Assembly (NCBI RefSeq): GCF_000446015.1
Contig: NC_022093.1
Span: 1,290,001-1,322,000 of the forward strand
Length of the DNA: 32,000 bases
Origin: Thermofilum adornatum
GTDB lineage: Archaea > Thermoproteota > Thermoprotei > Thermofilales > Thermofilaceae
Reading direction: 5' to 3'
Part shown: in pieces, positions 1-8,382 of the stretch
Numbering within the stretch: the stretch's first letter is position 1
Layout: each line of letters opens with the position of its first letter
Translations under genes and position numbers: made by a program
The notes under the pieces: model-generated
The model's database searches: none
Told to the model about the DNA's origin: nothing
What the model saw: only the letters and a program-made list of their open reading frames with translations

Positions 1-1
1 C

Positions 2-493
2 CAAGAAAACGCCACGTACATCTCATCATATGCAGTGGCAACACCACAAAACAGGTCCGCAAGCATACAGACAAACGCCTACATAAAGGCACCACGCACA
101 GCGGCAGAGATAAGGCTCGCAGGAATCTCACACAACGGCGAACTAGCACACAAGGGGACAATCCGTATACACAGAGGCTCGCAGGAAGCCAGAGGCAAGC
201 TATCATCTAGACTCATACCCCTAACTCCCAATTCCAAAGTTTACGCGGCCCCTACACTAGAAATAGAGTCAGACGACGCCGCAGAAGCACAACACTCAGC
301 ATCACAGAGCCCACTAGACCCCGCCAAGCTCTTCTACCTCCAGAGCAGGGCCCTTACAGAACTAGAAGCAAAAAGACTCCTCCTCATGGCCGAGCTCGAC
401 AAAGTGCTCCCAGAGGATGCAAAAAGAGAACCAACAGTCCAAAAATATTTAGAACTACTTCTAGGAAGCCTAGAGATTAACATTCACAAATAA
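2..493 (+). CDS. sufD: SufB/SufD-family Fe-S cluster assembly protein, C-terminal fragment (5' end lies outside the window)
   Basis: The frame is open from position 2, so the listed GTG at 35 is not the true start. The C-terminal blocks 'PTLEIESDDAAEAQHSAS' and 'LDPAKLFYLQSRALTELEAKRLL' match the conserved SufB/SufD 'P.LEI..DDV.c.HgAt.G..d.e.lFYL.sRGi' signature. It is followed by a T7 run. The choice between SufD and SufB is uncertain. Confidence 0.7.
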   Translation, partial: QENATYISSYAVATPQNRSASIQTNAYIKAPRTAAEIRLAGISHNGELAHKGTIRIHRGSQEARGKLSSRLIPLTPNSKVYAAPTLEIESDDAAEAQHSASQSPLDPAKLFYLQSRALTELEAKRLLLMAELDKVLPEDAKREPTVQKYLELLLGSLEINIHK

Positions 494-510
494 CAGTTTA
501 TATTTTTAAA

Positions 511-517
511 TTTTTTT
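511..517 (+). terminator. Oligo-T (T7) archaeal-type terminator after the sufB/D gene
   Basis: A run of seven T lies 18 nt after the TAA stop at 491-493. Confidence 0.4.
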
Positions 518-535
518 GGCTACCTTAATAAAGGG

Positions 536-549
536 TTATATTTTAAAAA
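536..549 (+). promoter_or_regulatory. TATA-like box for the ABC transporter operon
   Basis: 'TTATATTTTAAAAA' is centred about 25 nt upstream of ATG 564, consistent with a leaderless or short-leader archaeal mRNA. Confidence 0.4.
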
Positions 550-563
550 TGTAAACGATAAAC

Positions 564-1631
564 ATGTCACAACAAAAAACAAGCCCAACGACCAAGACCC
601 TCGTTCTCGCCATCATCGCACTAATAATCGGCGCCATAATCGGCTACGGATTTGCAGCAACAACAATGGTTCCGTATTCCAAGTACGCCGAGCTAGAAGA
701 AAAACTAAAACAGGCGGGCGGAGGAGCCCCATCTGCGCCTGAATACACATTCTACTATGTCTCACACGGTGGACCCGCAGACCCATGGTGGGCCCCAGTC
801 ATAAAAGGGTCCCAGGACGCAGCCAAACTCTTAAACGTTAAAGTTGTCTACTCTGGCCCCGAAAAATTCAGCGTACAGGCACTCGTAGACCTCCTAAACA
901 GCGCTATTGCCGCTAGACCAAACGGGATAATATTAACCATCACAGATTACAACGCCCTAGACCAGCCTGCACGCTCAGCAATATCACAAGGCATACCCAT
1001 AATAGCTGTAAACGTCCCTGATCCAAGACCCGTTAACCAGAGGATACCCTACCTAAGCTACGTTGGACAAAACGAGTACGACGCAGGCTACTACTTGGCA
1101 AAATATTTAGTCGACAAGGGCTACAAGCCTAAACGCGTGGTTATAGGCATACACGAGGTTGGACACATAGGTCTAGAGACGAGAGCAAAAGGAATAACTG
1201 ATGCAATTACACAGGCATATCCAGGAACACCAGTTGAAAAGCTAGACATCACAACAGACCCGACCAAAGCTGCAGAGGCCTTCAAGAGCTATCTAACAGC
1301 ACACCCAGACACCGACGTAATTTTCACGCTGGGGCCGCTTGGCGCACACCCAGCCCTACAAGTTTTAAGGGAAATGAAGCTGACAGGAAAAGTACACCTC
1401 CTAACAGTAGACATTGACGACACAATTCTGAAGGCAATCGATGCCGGCGAGCTTGACGCTGCAGTCAGCCAACAGCCATACGCTCAGGGCTTCCTACCCG
1501 TAGTTTTCATGTATCTCTACGTCAAGTACGGCATCATCCCGCCTCCACAGGTTCCGACTGGTCCTACAGTCATTGACAAGGCTAGACTAGAAACTGTCAG
1601 GAAACAGATTGCTACCACTGGTGGAGCGTAA
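564..1631 (+). CDS. Sugar-type ABC transporter substrate-binding protein (periplasmic-binding-protein type I fold, ribose/xylose-like), N-terminal TM anchor
   Basis: It has an N-terminal hydrophobic anchor 'TLVLAIIALIIGAIIGYGF'. The block 'YYVSHGGPADPWWAPVIKGSQDAAK' and the overall pattern are typical of Peripla_BP_4-like binding proteins. It is the first gene of a binding protein/permease/ATPase operon. Confidence 0.8.
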   Translation: MSQQKTSPTTKTLVLAIIALIIGAIIGYGFAATTMVPYSKYAELEEKLKQAGGGAPSAPEYTFYYVSHGGPADPWWAPVIKGSQDAAKLLNVKVVYSGPEKFSVQALVDLLNSAIAARPNGIILTITDYNALDQPARSAISQGIPIIAVNVPDPRPVNQRIPYLSYVGQNEYDAGYYLAKYLVDKGYKPKRVVIGIHEVGHIGLETRAKGITDAITQAYPGTPVEKLDITTDPTKAAEAFKSYLTAHPDTDVIFTLGPLGAHPALQVLREMKLTGKVHLLTVDIDDTILKAIDAGELDAAVSQQPYAQGFLPVVFMYLYVKYGIIPPPQVPTGPTVIDKARLETVRKQIATTGGA

Positions 1632-1640
1632 AACTCATCA

Positions 1641-1657
1641 AAAAATAATATTTTTTT
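1641..1657 (+). promoter_or_regulatory. Intra-operon AT-rich element: A/T box plus T7 run between the binding-protein and permease genes
   Basis: 'AAAAATAATATTTTTTT' lies in the 39-nt spacer. The T7 run (1651-1657) could act as a partial terminator, and the AAAAATAATA box lies about 25 nt before ATG 1671. Confidence 0.3.
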
Positions 1658-1670
1658 CTAGGTGTAAACC

Positions 1671-2657
1671 ATGAGTATTGGTAAAAATGTTAAACCCCAC
1701 GGATTCATTGCTAGACATCCAGAAATAGGTGTCCTTGCCAGCTTTTTCTCAATAGCACTGATCTTTATAGTGAGGGTTCCAGACAAGTTCCTCACAGTTC
1801 CCACCCTTTACAGCATACTCACGCTTGCAGGAGAACTTGGAGTGGCAAGCATAGGTGTAGCTTTTCTGATGATAACAGGTGAATTTAACCTATCTATTAG
1901 CTCGGTCTATGCATTGGTACCAATGGGTGTAGTCCTCATGGTAAACCTGTGGGGCGTAGACATGCTGGCCGCATCTATTATCATGCTTCTCGTCGCTTAC
2001 GGTATAGGTGTCACCGTTGGGTATATCACTATTAAAACTGGGATCCCAAGCTTTATCAGTTCACTCGGCATGATGATGTTTCTCAGGGGCATACTCTTGG
2101 CCGTAACAGGAGGCTTCCCAGTGAGGCTTGAAAGAGACCACTGGCTAACATATGTCCTGAACGGGCCCATTGGAGATTTGGGTCTAAGGACAAGCGCCGT
2201 CTGGCTACTAGTTCTAACAGCCATATTCGCCTTTATCTTGGACTGGACACCCTACGGGAACTGGACATATGCAGTTGGCGCAAGTAGCAACACAGCACGC
2301 GAATTAGGCGTGTCGGTTTCCAAGGTTAAGCTGACGAATTTTGGCGTATCATCTCTGCTAGCCGGCCTCGCCGGACTAATGGCTCTCAGCCGTTTCAGGG
2401 TCGTTGACCCTACTCTGGGCCAGGGACTAGAGTTAGAGACCATTACTTCTGCTGTTCTCGGAGGCTGTCTCCTCACGGGAGGATATGGAAGCATCTCCGG
2501 AACTTTTCTGGGAGCCTTCCTAATAGCGATGACCCGTGTCGGACTCGTGCTGGCACAGGCGCCCGCCTACTGGTACAGCGCGTTTATTGGAATCATACTG
2601 ATAATTGCGACCGTAATAAACCTCTTCATAGTCAAGAAATACGTGACAAGCGGGTGA
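1671..2657 (+). CDS. ABC transporter permease (RbsC/AraH-type, BPD_transp_2 family)
   Basis: 328 aa and highly hydrophobic, with about 8-10 TM segments. The 'GEFNLSISSV' and 'TSAVLGGCLLTGGYGSISGTFLGA' blocks are typical of ribose-type permeases. It lies between the binding protein and ATPase genes. Confidence 0.85.
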   Translation: MSIGKNVKPHGFIARHPEIGVLASFFSIALIFIVRVPDKFLTVPTLYSILTLAGELGVASIGVAFLMITGEFNLSISSVYALVPMGVVLMVNLWGVDMLAASIIMLLVAYGIGVTVGYITIKTGIPSFISSLGMMMFLRGILLAVTGGFPVRLERDHWLTYVLNGPIGDLGLRTSAVWLLVLTAIFAFILDWTPYGNWTYAVGASSNTARELGVSVSKVKLTNFGVSSLLAGLAGLMALSRFRVVDPTLGQGLELETITSAVLGGCLLTGGYGSISGTFLGAFLIAMTRVGLVLAQAPAYWYSAFIGIILIIATVINLFIVKKYVTSG

Positions 2658-2661
2658 AAAA

Positions 2662-3423
2662 ATGGCGGGCAACATGCTCCTCGAAATGAAGGGCATAGTG
2701 AAAAGGTTTGGGCACGTTGAGGCGTTGCGTGGAGTCGACTTCCACGTGGAAAAGGCTGAAATTGTTGGACTCGTGGGCGACAACGGCGCCGGCAAATCCA
2801 CATTGGTAAAGATAATTGCAGGGGTATACCAGCCCGACGCTGGACAAATGTTCTTCGAGGGAGAACCAGTCGTCTTCAGGCACCCCAGCGAGGCCAGGGC
2901 TAGGGGAATAGAAATAGTCTACCAGCACCTAGCACTCATAGATCTCCTGGGCATAGATAGGAACATATTCCTGGGACGAGAGCCACTAAAAAAGATTGGG
3001 CCCTTCAAGGTTCTAGACAAAGAGAAAATGGAGAAGGAAGCAGGCAGAATACTCCAAGAGATAGGGCTCAAACGTATAAGGTCACCGCAAGAAAAGGTCG
3101 CAAAGTTAAGCGGAGGCGAGAGGCAAAGCGTAGCCATAGCTAGAGCGATGCACTTCAAAGCAAAACTACTTATACTAGACGAGCCTACAGCCGCCCTCTC
3201 GGTCCGCGAAACAAGGAAAGTCCTGGACCACGTACTAGACGTGAAGAAGCAGGGAGTAAGCGTCATACTGATCTCTCACAATATCTACCACGTCTACGAA
3301 GTTTCAGACAGGATAGTTGTGCTAGACCACGGGAGAAAAATACTCGACACGCCAAAAGAGGAAGTTACACCAGAAGAAGTAATAGAAGTAATAAGGACAG
3401 GGGGCGCAGTCATAGCTACCTAA
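2662..3423 (+). CDS. ABC transporter ATP-binding protein (single nucleotide-binding domain)
   Basis: Walker A 'GDNGAGKST', ABC signature 'LSGGERQ', Walker B 'LLILDEPT', and H-loop 'ISH'. It starts 4 nt after the permease stop. Confidence 0.9.
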   Translation: MAGNMLLEMKGIVKRFGHVEALRGVDFHVEKAEIVGLVGDNGAGKSTLVKIIAGVYQPDAGQMFFEGEPVVFRHPSEARARGIEIVYQHLALIDLLGIDRNIFLGREPLKKIGPFKVLDKEKMEKEAGRILQEIGLKRIRSPQEKVAKLSGGERQSVAIARAMHFKAKLLILDEPTAALSVRETRKVLDHVLDVKKQGVSVILISHNIYHVYEVSDRIVVLDHGRKILDTPKEEVTPEEVIEVIRTGGAVIAT

Positions 3424-3457
3424 AACCAAGCTTCCTAGCTACAATTTTTCCTATTTT

Positions 3458-3691
3458 CTACTTGTAAAGTACGCTGTACAAGAGATAGGCTACCAAGCTC
3501 TTATAGTCTGGAAACATAATTTTGAGATGCTTTGGAGCCGTTTCTCCCTCAAAATGAAGCTCAGCTAAACGGCCCATTACTGTCTCTTCTTTCTCTTCTT
3601 TTATCATCTCTAGATCGAAGATTTCAAGGACGAGTTTTCCTGTATCCTTGTCATAAGAAATAGTGTAGCCTACGGGAGCCTGTAGGGGCAT
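3458..3691 (-). CDS. Hypothetical small acidic protein (77 aa)
   Basis: ATG-initiated ORF 50 nt downstream of the MtmB-like gene on the same strand. No oligo-T run lies between them on the minus strand. I recognise no family. Confidence 0.45.
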   Translation of the reverse strand: MPLQAPVGYTISYDKDTGKLVLEIFDLEMIKEEKEETVMGRLAELHFEGETAPKHLKIMFPDYKSLVAYLLYSVLYK

Positions 3692-3741
3692 GAAAATATT
3701 ATGAGTCAGTATTATTTATTTTTTTTCTGACGTATTTATTT

Positions 3742-5094
3742 TTAGATGTATTGAGCGATTTCTCTAATAGTCTCATTTATTGTTTCGAGCCACTCTTTCC
3801 GCGGAGCTATTTTCTTGGCGTCGTAAAGCTCCCAGAAAGGCTTCCCTGGATCGGGGCTCACGATCCTGGCTTCATATCTCTTGTAGAGCTCCACAGCGAA
3901 GCCCCACGCCCTGTTAAAGCCTACATTTTCTTCGACCATTCTGTCAGCTAGGCCAGCCATAAACATGGCATCAACTCCGCCACCATTAGGCTGTGTACCG
4001 TTTTCCGGGACAGGTCCCAGAAGGTTTAACCCGGAAACAACCGCTACAAGCGTGTTCGCGGCTACTTCATAGAGATACTCCCTTGTCCCCCCTCCATTGG
4101 CCGGCCACACATCCCCAACGAGCGGGAGCCTCATATACCTGTTAGCCAGCCCCACGACCGACTCGACCCACATACACTCAATCGTAGAAGTAGCCTTCTT
4201 GACAATGTGGACGGGGTGGACAAGGAAATAGCTCGCATCATAGGCGACCATTGCAAGCAGAATCTCTGCCACGGAGACAATTGCCGAGCCAGCCGGCCCC
4301 CTCGCAAACCCGCCGACAACTGGATCCACGAGCGCCGCGCCCAGCACCCCTCTTAGACTGCCTACATATGCCTTCACTAGCTGGTGATAGTCAGTCTTCA
4401 ACTCGTTCAAGACCGGCAGGAGCTGTGCGTCGCCCCGGCGGAGCAAGCCCAAAGACATGGCTCCCAGGCTACCCACAGAACCTACGCTGCTCTCAGCCCC
4501 GAGTACATGCATACCCGGCCTCCCAGCCATCCTAAGCGCGCTCCTAAGCGACTCCATCTCCCTCAAGCCAGCCAACACCTCGCTTGGCGCACCACTACGA
4601 ACCATCTCACCCATCACGGTCTGCACACTTCCATGGTCGATACCGTCAACCCTCAGGACAAGAGCATATGAAGCGGCAGACTCGACAAAAAACTCTAGTG
4701 GGGTAGGGGTCCCAGCGAGGCCCCCAAACACGAATACCCTGTCACCAGGCTCCCTATAGCCAAGTTTCCTCGCGTCGCGGCCCCTTCCGACTACAATCCT
4801 ATTCCTTGCACTCTTCAGGGCCTCCCGCAACTCCTCCTCGCTGAACTTTGCGACACGAGACTCGTCCACTATGTAGAGCCCGGCCTCAACTGCAAGCGTG
4901 AAGCCTGCCTCGAAGACGGCCTTGCCGAGAGACTCGTCGGGCAGAGGGCTAGAAGGGTCAAAATGTACGCCATACTCTTTCTCTAGCTCTGCAACCCTCC
5001 TAGAGACATGCTCTAGGTCAAACCGCTTCTGCTCAACGTATTCCCCAGCCCTTGCCCTAAACTCTGCTATGAGCTGTCTAGCCACAAAAAACAA
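3742..5094 (-). CDS. MtmB-family (monomethylamine methyltransferase-like) corrinoid-dependent methyltransferase, pyrrolysine-free
   Basis: Uninterrupted 450-aa ORF. The blocks 'ELEKEYGVHFD', 'FEAGFTLAVEAGLYIVDESRVAKFSEEEL' and 'RMAGRPGMHVLGAESSVGS' resemble Methanosarcina MtmB as I recall it. TTG start 20 nt after the corrinoid gene stop, preceded by an SD-like GTGAT. There is no in-frame TAG. Confidence 0.8.
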   Translation of the reverse strand: MFFVARQLIAEFRARAGEYVEQKRFDLEHVSRRVAELEKEYGVHFDPSSPLPDESLGKAVFEAGFTLAVEAGLYIVDESRVAKFSEEELREALKSARNRIVVGRGRDARKLGYREPGDRVFVFGGLAGTPTPLEFFVESAASYALVLRVDGIDHGSVQTVMGEMVRSGAPSEVLAGLREMESLRSALRMAGRPGMHVLGAESSVGSVGSLGAMSLGLLRRGDAQLLPVLNELKTDYHQLVKAYVGSLRGVLGAALVDPVVGGFARGPAGSAIVSVAEILLAMVAYDASYFLVHPVHIVKKATSTIECMWVESVVGLANRYMRLPLVGDVWPANGGGTREYLYEVAANTLVAVVSGLNLLGPVPENGTQPNGGGVDAMFMAGLADRMVEENVGFNRAWGFAVELYKRYEARIVSPDPGKPFWELYDAKKIAPRKEWLETINETIREIAQYI

Positions 5095-5114
5095 AATATC
5101 ACGATGTACTTAAA

Positions 5115-5777
5115 TTATGTATGTTTCTCCAAGAGCCTTATACACTTCTCCACGGCGTCGACAGCGTCCCGGCCATAGGCGTCCGCGCCGATCTCCCTGG
5201 CAAACTCCTCCGTTACAGGCGCACCACCAACAATGACCTTCACCTTGTCCCTTAGGCCCGCAGACTTCAAGGCATCTATCACATTCCTCATCTCAAGCAT
5301 AGTAGTAGTCAAGAGCGCGCTCATACCCAAAATGTCCGGCCTATACTTCTTCACGGCCTCCACAAACCTCTCGGGAGACACGTCCACACCCAAGTCAACA
5401 ACCTCGAAGCCGTTCACCCTGAGCATCAAAGCCACAAGGTTCTTCCCAATGTCATGGATATCCCCACGAACAGTCCCAATAACAACGAGCCCCCTCCTAC
5501 CACCAGCATGCGTCGAAAGCCTCGGCAAAACATACCTCTCCATCAAAGAGTTAAAGAGCTCCCCTGCCTCCACGAGCTCAGGCAAAAAGTACTCCCCACG
5601 CTCAAACCTAGCCCCAACCTCGACCATCCCCCTACGCAGACCCTCCTCCACAAGCCTATAGACATCACAGCCCAGCCCCAGCGCCTCGGCAACCCCAGCC
5701 TCCGCACCCGCATAGTCAAGCTCCGCGACAGCCCTGCTAACTTTTTCAAAAACCCTTGAACAGGCGCCCTCACTCAT
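5115..5777 (-). CDS. Methyltransferase cognate corrinoid protein (B12-binding, MtmC/MtbC/MttC-like)
   Basis: Cobalamin-binding motifs DxHxxG ('GDIHDIGKN'), SxL ('MSALLTTT') and GG ('VIVGGAP'), with an N-terminal helical cap. The size of 220 aa is typical of methanogen-type corrinoid proteins. Confidence 0.85.
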   Translation of the reverse strand: MSEGACSRVFEKVSRAVAELDYAGAEAGVAEALGLGCDVYRLVEEGLRRGMVEVGARFERGEYFLPELVEAGELFNSLMERYVLPRLSTHAGGRRGLVVIGTVRGDIHDIGKNLVALMLRVNGFEVVDLGVDVSPERFVEAVKKYRPDILGMSALLTTTMLEMRNVIDALKSAGLRDKVKVIVGGAPVTEEFAREIGADAYGRDAVDAVEKCIRLLEKHT

Positions 5778-6078
5778 ATATCAACACGACCCTCTCAGGA
5801 ACAAACCTCTGCTCCTCACCCTCTTTCAAGAACCGGTAAACAACACGAGCACCACCCTCAAACTCGTCCACACGCAAAATCCCGACCCTTACACCCCTCT
5901 TAGCCAGCATCAACGCGAAGTCCTCGAAGTAGTCATAGAAGCCACAAGTCACACAAAAGCTACCAACAAACTCCGCGACAAACCCGTCGCCAAGCCACTC
6001 CACAACTTTGACCTGTGCCTCACTGCCATGCATCCTGTTAAACTCTTCACGTACAGATTCAACAATATTCCTAACCAT
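5770..6078 (-). CDS. Hypothetical small CxxC protein (102 aa), first gene of the corrinoid/MtmB-like operon
   Basis: Its stop overlaps the corrinoid gene start by 8 nt (ATGAGTGA). It has a single 'CVTC' motif in a segment that loosely resembles NifU-like domains; this resemblance is weak. A TATA-like AT-rich box lies about 25 nt upstream. Confidence 0.55.
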   Translation of the reverse strand: MVRNIVESVREEFNRMHGSEAQVKVVEWLGDGFVAEFVGSFCVTCGFYDYFEDFALMLAKRGVRVGILRVDEFEGGARVVYRFLKEGEEQRFVPERVVLIYE

Positions 6079-6129
6079 GAGAAAAAGAAGACAAAAAAGA
6101 AAAATATACTTTATGTGAAGCTATTTGCC
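6079..6129 (-). promoter_or_regulatory. Spacer carrying a T-rich terminator for the pilin gene and a TATA-like box for the corrinoid/MtmB-like operon
   Basis: The minus strand reads 'GGCAAATAGCTTCACATAAAGTATATTTTTCTTTTTTGTCTTCTTTTTCTC' and runs directly into ATG 6078. AAAGTATATTTTT is about 25 nt upstream. Confidence 0.35.
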
Positions 6130-6561
6130 TTAAGTCCTGTATGTGAAAGTATAGGTAGCTTCAGTACCCTTTTGTGTTACAGCCTTAACAGTGTAGGTTT
6201 GTCCAGAGGTGAGACCTCCAGTTAGTGAAACAGTTCCGCTCTTTACCTCTCCTGGGTTGAGAGTAAGGCCTACACCTGTGCTTTGTCCAATTGCAGTTCC
6301 CGTTTTATCGTATAGATATAATGCGTCAATTACTACATTTACGTCTCCGATGTTTCTGACGTAAACAGTTAAAGTGTTCGTTCCGGAGTCGTATTGTACT
6401 GCCTCTATTTTTATTCTTTCTTGTAGTTGTGCTGTGCTTGCTTGCTGTGTTAGTGTTCCTTGGTATCCTATTATCCATATGTATGCTAGGACTGCCGCTG
6501 CTACTGCTATAACTATTAGTAGGAGTGTGGCTATTACGGGGCTGACCCCGGTTCTCTTCAT
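6130..6561 (-). CDS. Archaeal type IV pilin-like protein with class III signal peptide
   Basis: The N-terminus 'MKRTG/VSPVIATLLLIVIAVAAAV' is the canonical archaeal prepilin (Pilin_N/DUF1628-type) signal, followed by a beta-rich Thr/Gly-rich domain. The ORF track starts at GTG 6570. I prefer ATG 6561, which sits about 25 nt downstream of the TATA-like 'AATTATATTTATATT'. Confidence 0.75.
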   Translation of the reverse strand: MKRTGVSPVIATLLLIVIAVAAAVLAYIWIIGYQGTLTQQASTAQLQERIKIEAVQYDSGTNTLTVYVRNIGDVNVVIDALYLYDKTGTAIGQSTGVGLTLNPGEVKSGTVSLTGGLTSGQTYTVKAVTQKGTEATYTFTYRT

Positions 6562-6614
6562 GTTTTTCACCGGTAATATAAATATAATTCCTTACCCTTA
6601 AATATTTATCGTTT

Positions 6615-6629
6615 AAAAAAGTTTAAAAA
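6615..6629 (-). terminator. Oligo-T runs (T6, T5 on the minus strand) after the 6677-7513 gene
   Basis: Plus-strand A6 (6615-6620) and A5 (6625-6629) read as T runs on the minus strand, about 50 nt downstream of the stop at 6677. Confidence 0.35.
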
Positions 6630-6676
6630 TGAAAATCAAGGGATGTGTCTCAGAAATTATTGAAGAATTTTTGCCT

Positions 6677-7513
6677 TTATATTCCCCCGGAGTAGTAGTC
6701 TGGCTTTGTCAGCTTTAGGAAGATTTTCTTGAGCTCTTCTACTTCCCTTTTGACCCTCTCGTCTTGTAGCTCTTTTCTGCGTTGCTCGTTTGACTCTAGG
6801 ACGAACTCGAAGAGCTTTGAGGGGAACGTAGAGTTGAGTATGACGGTGTTGGGTATGAGGCAGTGTCCCCCAATATAGTCTGGGAAGTATACTGGCCTGT
6901 CTTTTAGGACCTCGTGGACCTCTGCTATGAACTCTGCTATTACTGGGAGGCTTGCCTCAAACTTGGCTGAGGCTCTGTGTAGCTCCTGCCATGAGGCGAT
7001 CATTATCGCCCTGTATACTGTTTCCCATAGCTTGGCCAGCTCTAGGGACTCGGGCTTGTCTGCACGCTTTACTTTTAGGCCCATTTCTTCTAGGTGTCTT
7101 CCAGCCTCCTCGGCGAAGGACTCTGGCAGGCTTGCGACCCACTTGGGCCAGAAGTAGAGGTGTTGCTTTAGGTTTGGGTGCTTGCCCCTGACGGGAGTAT
7201 AGACTGTGGGTATGCCTAGCTTCTCGTATACACGTCTAGTTGTGCCCGGGGCGACAGTTGAGTGTATGAAGACTGCCCTTGGCTTTAGCTTCTCGACGTA
7301 TGACGAAACGATGTCTATGAATCTCTGGGAGTAGGGGACGGCTACGTGTAGAAAGTCTATTGGGACGGGCACCTCGCCGAGCTGGTTAACTGTCTTCGAG
7401 GGGTCTATATCGTATCCATAAACTTCAAACCTACCGGACTCCCTAGCGACCTGGTAGACGGCCGAGCCTACTTCTCCTAGGCCTGCTACGAGTATCTTTT
7501 TCTTGGCTTGCAT
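6677..7513 (-). CDS. NAD(P)-binding oxidoreductase, UDP-glucose/GDP-mannose dehydrogenase N-terminal/central-domain-like (short form)
   Basis: Rossmann motif 'KILVAGLGEVGSAV'. The 'LELAKLWETVYRAIMIASWQEL' block resembles the UDPGDH central helix 'aEl.Kl..N.f.a.kI.f.NE'. At 278 aa it lacks a recognisable C-terminal UDP-binding domain. Confidence 0.55.
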   Translation of the reverse strand: MQAKKKILVAGLGEVGSAVYQVARESGRFEVYGYDIDPSKTVNQLGEVPVPIDFLHVAVPYSQRFIDIVSSYVEKLKPRAVFIHSTVAPGTTRRVYEKLGIPTVYTPVRGKHPNLKQHLYFWPKWVASLPESFAEEAGRHLEEMGLKVKRADKPESLELAKLWETVYRAIMIASWQELHRASAKFEASLPVIAEFIAEVHEVLKDRPVYFPDYIGGHCLIPNTVILNSTFPSKLFEFVLESNEQRRKELQDERVKREVEELKKIFLKLTKPDYYSGGI

Positions 7514-7550
7514 AATTCTGGCTTTGTCTTGGTCGCTAAAAAATATTTGC

Positions 7551-7955
7551 CTAGCTTTTCTCCAGCCACCAGGTAAACGTCAATATTGCTTCGAGGAGTG
7601 TCGGCAATAGGACGAATAGGAACAAGAGTAGGTAGAATATCGGGGACAAGTCTAGATAGATGCTTGTTCCTTGGACGTCTATAGATATGTTTGTTCCCGT
7701 GCTGGCAATTAGGAGGAAGCCTAGGATCCTAGGGATCATTGAGACTAGGGGTTTGAATGCCGTGGGCTTGAGGATCGAGGCTATAGCTCCTGTAACTGCA
7801 GATACATATGTAAAGAATAGGACAAGGGAGAGGCTTGGCATGGATATGTATCTGGGGGCAATCGTCTGGAGAATTATTGGGAAGGCTAGCCATAAAAGCA
7901 TGGAGACGGCCGTTTTCACTGCGCCCCAGAGGGCTAGTAGGACTTCTCGTGGCAA
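7551..7955 (-). CDS. Hypothetical integral membrane protein (about 4 TM)
   Basis: Hydrophobic 134-aa ORF. TTG start 10 nt after the upstream gene's stop, with an alternative ATG at 7901. It is the last gene of a three-gene minus-strand operon. Confidence 0.55.
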   Translation of the reverse strand: MPREVLLALWGAVKTAVSMLLWLAFPIILQTIAPRYISMPSLSLVLFFTYVSAVTGAIASILKPTAFKPLVSMIPRILGFLLIASTGTNISIDVQGTSIYLDLSPIFYLLLFLFVLLPTLLEAILTFTWWLEKS

Positions 7956-7965
7956 GCTGTAGTCT

Positions 7966-8382
7966 TTAACCGGGAAAGCCGTAGCCAGGCACCCCTGTCT
8001 CTGTTACTGCCTTAAGCGTGTAGAGTCCCGCGATTTTTGACTCGAAGCTTATCCTTACGCTAGAGGCGTTAAAGGGTACGAAAAATTGTATGTCTAGGCG
8101 TTCGCCTCTCGTTAGAGCTTTGGTCGAGGCTTCCTGGCTCTGGCACGTTTTTCCACCGCAGAACGTCTCTATTCTTAGGTTTACGTCTGTAAGGGGGACC
8201 GTTCCCTTATACGTCAAGGTGAGGCCTACCTTGACGCCCTGGGTTTCCGTCTCTAGGGGTTTCCAGGCAATGTCCACTATGTTTCTGTTGGAAAGATCTC
8301 CCGCGAACTCGATGAAAGGTGTTAGTGCAAGGACGACAAGCAAAAGAGAGGCCAGAGACAATAGGAGCCCGCTACTGTTCAT
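7966..8382 (-). CDS. Hypothetical membrane-anchored/secreted beta-rich protein (138 aa)
   Basis: N-terminal hydrophobic segment 'LLLSLASLLLVVLALTPF' followed by an alternating beta-strand-like sequence. The ATG start overlaps the upstream gene's end by 11 nt. Confidence 0.6.
   Translation of the reverse strand: MNSSGLLLSLASLLLVVLALTPFIEFAGDLSNRNIVDIAWKPLETETQGVKVGLTLTYKGTVPLTDVNLRIETFCGGKTCQSQEASTKALTRGERLDIQFFVPFNASSVRISFESKIAGLYTLKAVTETGVPGYGFPG

Noticed and set aside
2662-3423. The single-domain (253-aa) ATPase in a ribose-type ABC operon, as an anomaly
   Set aside because: Many CUT2-type systems have a fused two-domain ATPase, but single-domain versions such as the fructose-type systems are well known. 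This is not unusual enough to report.
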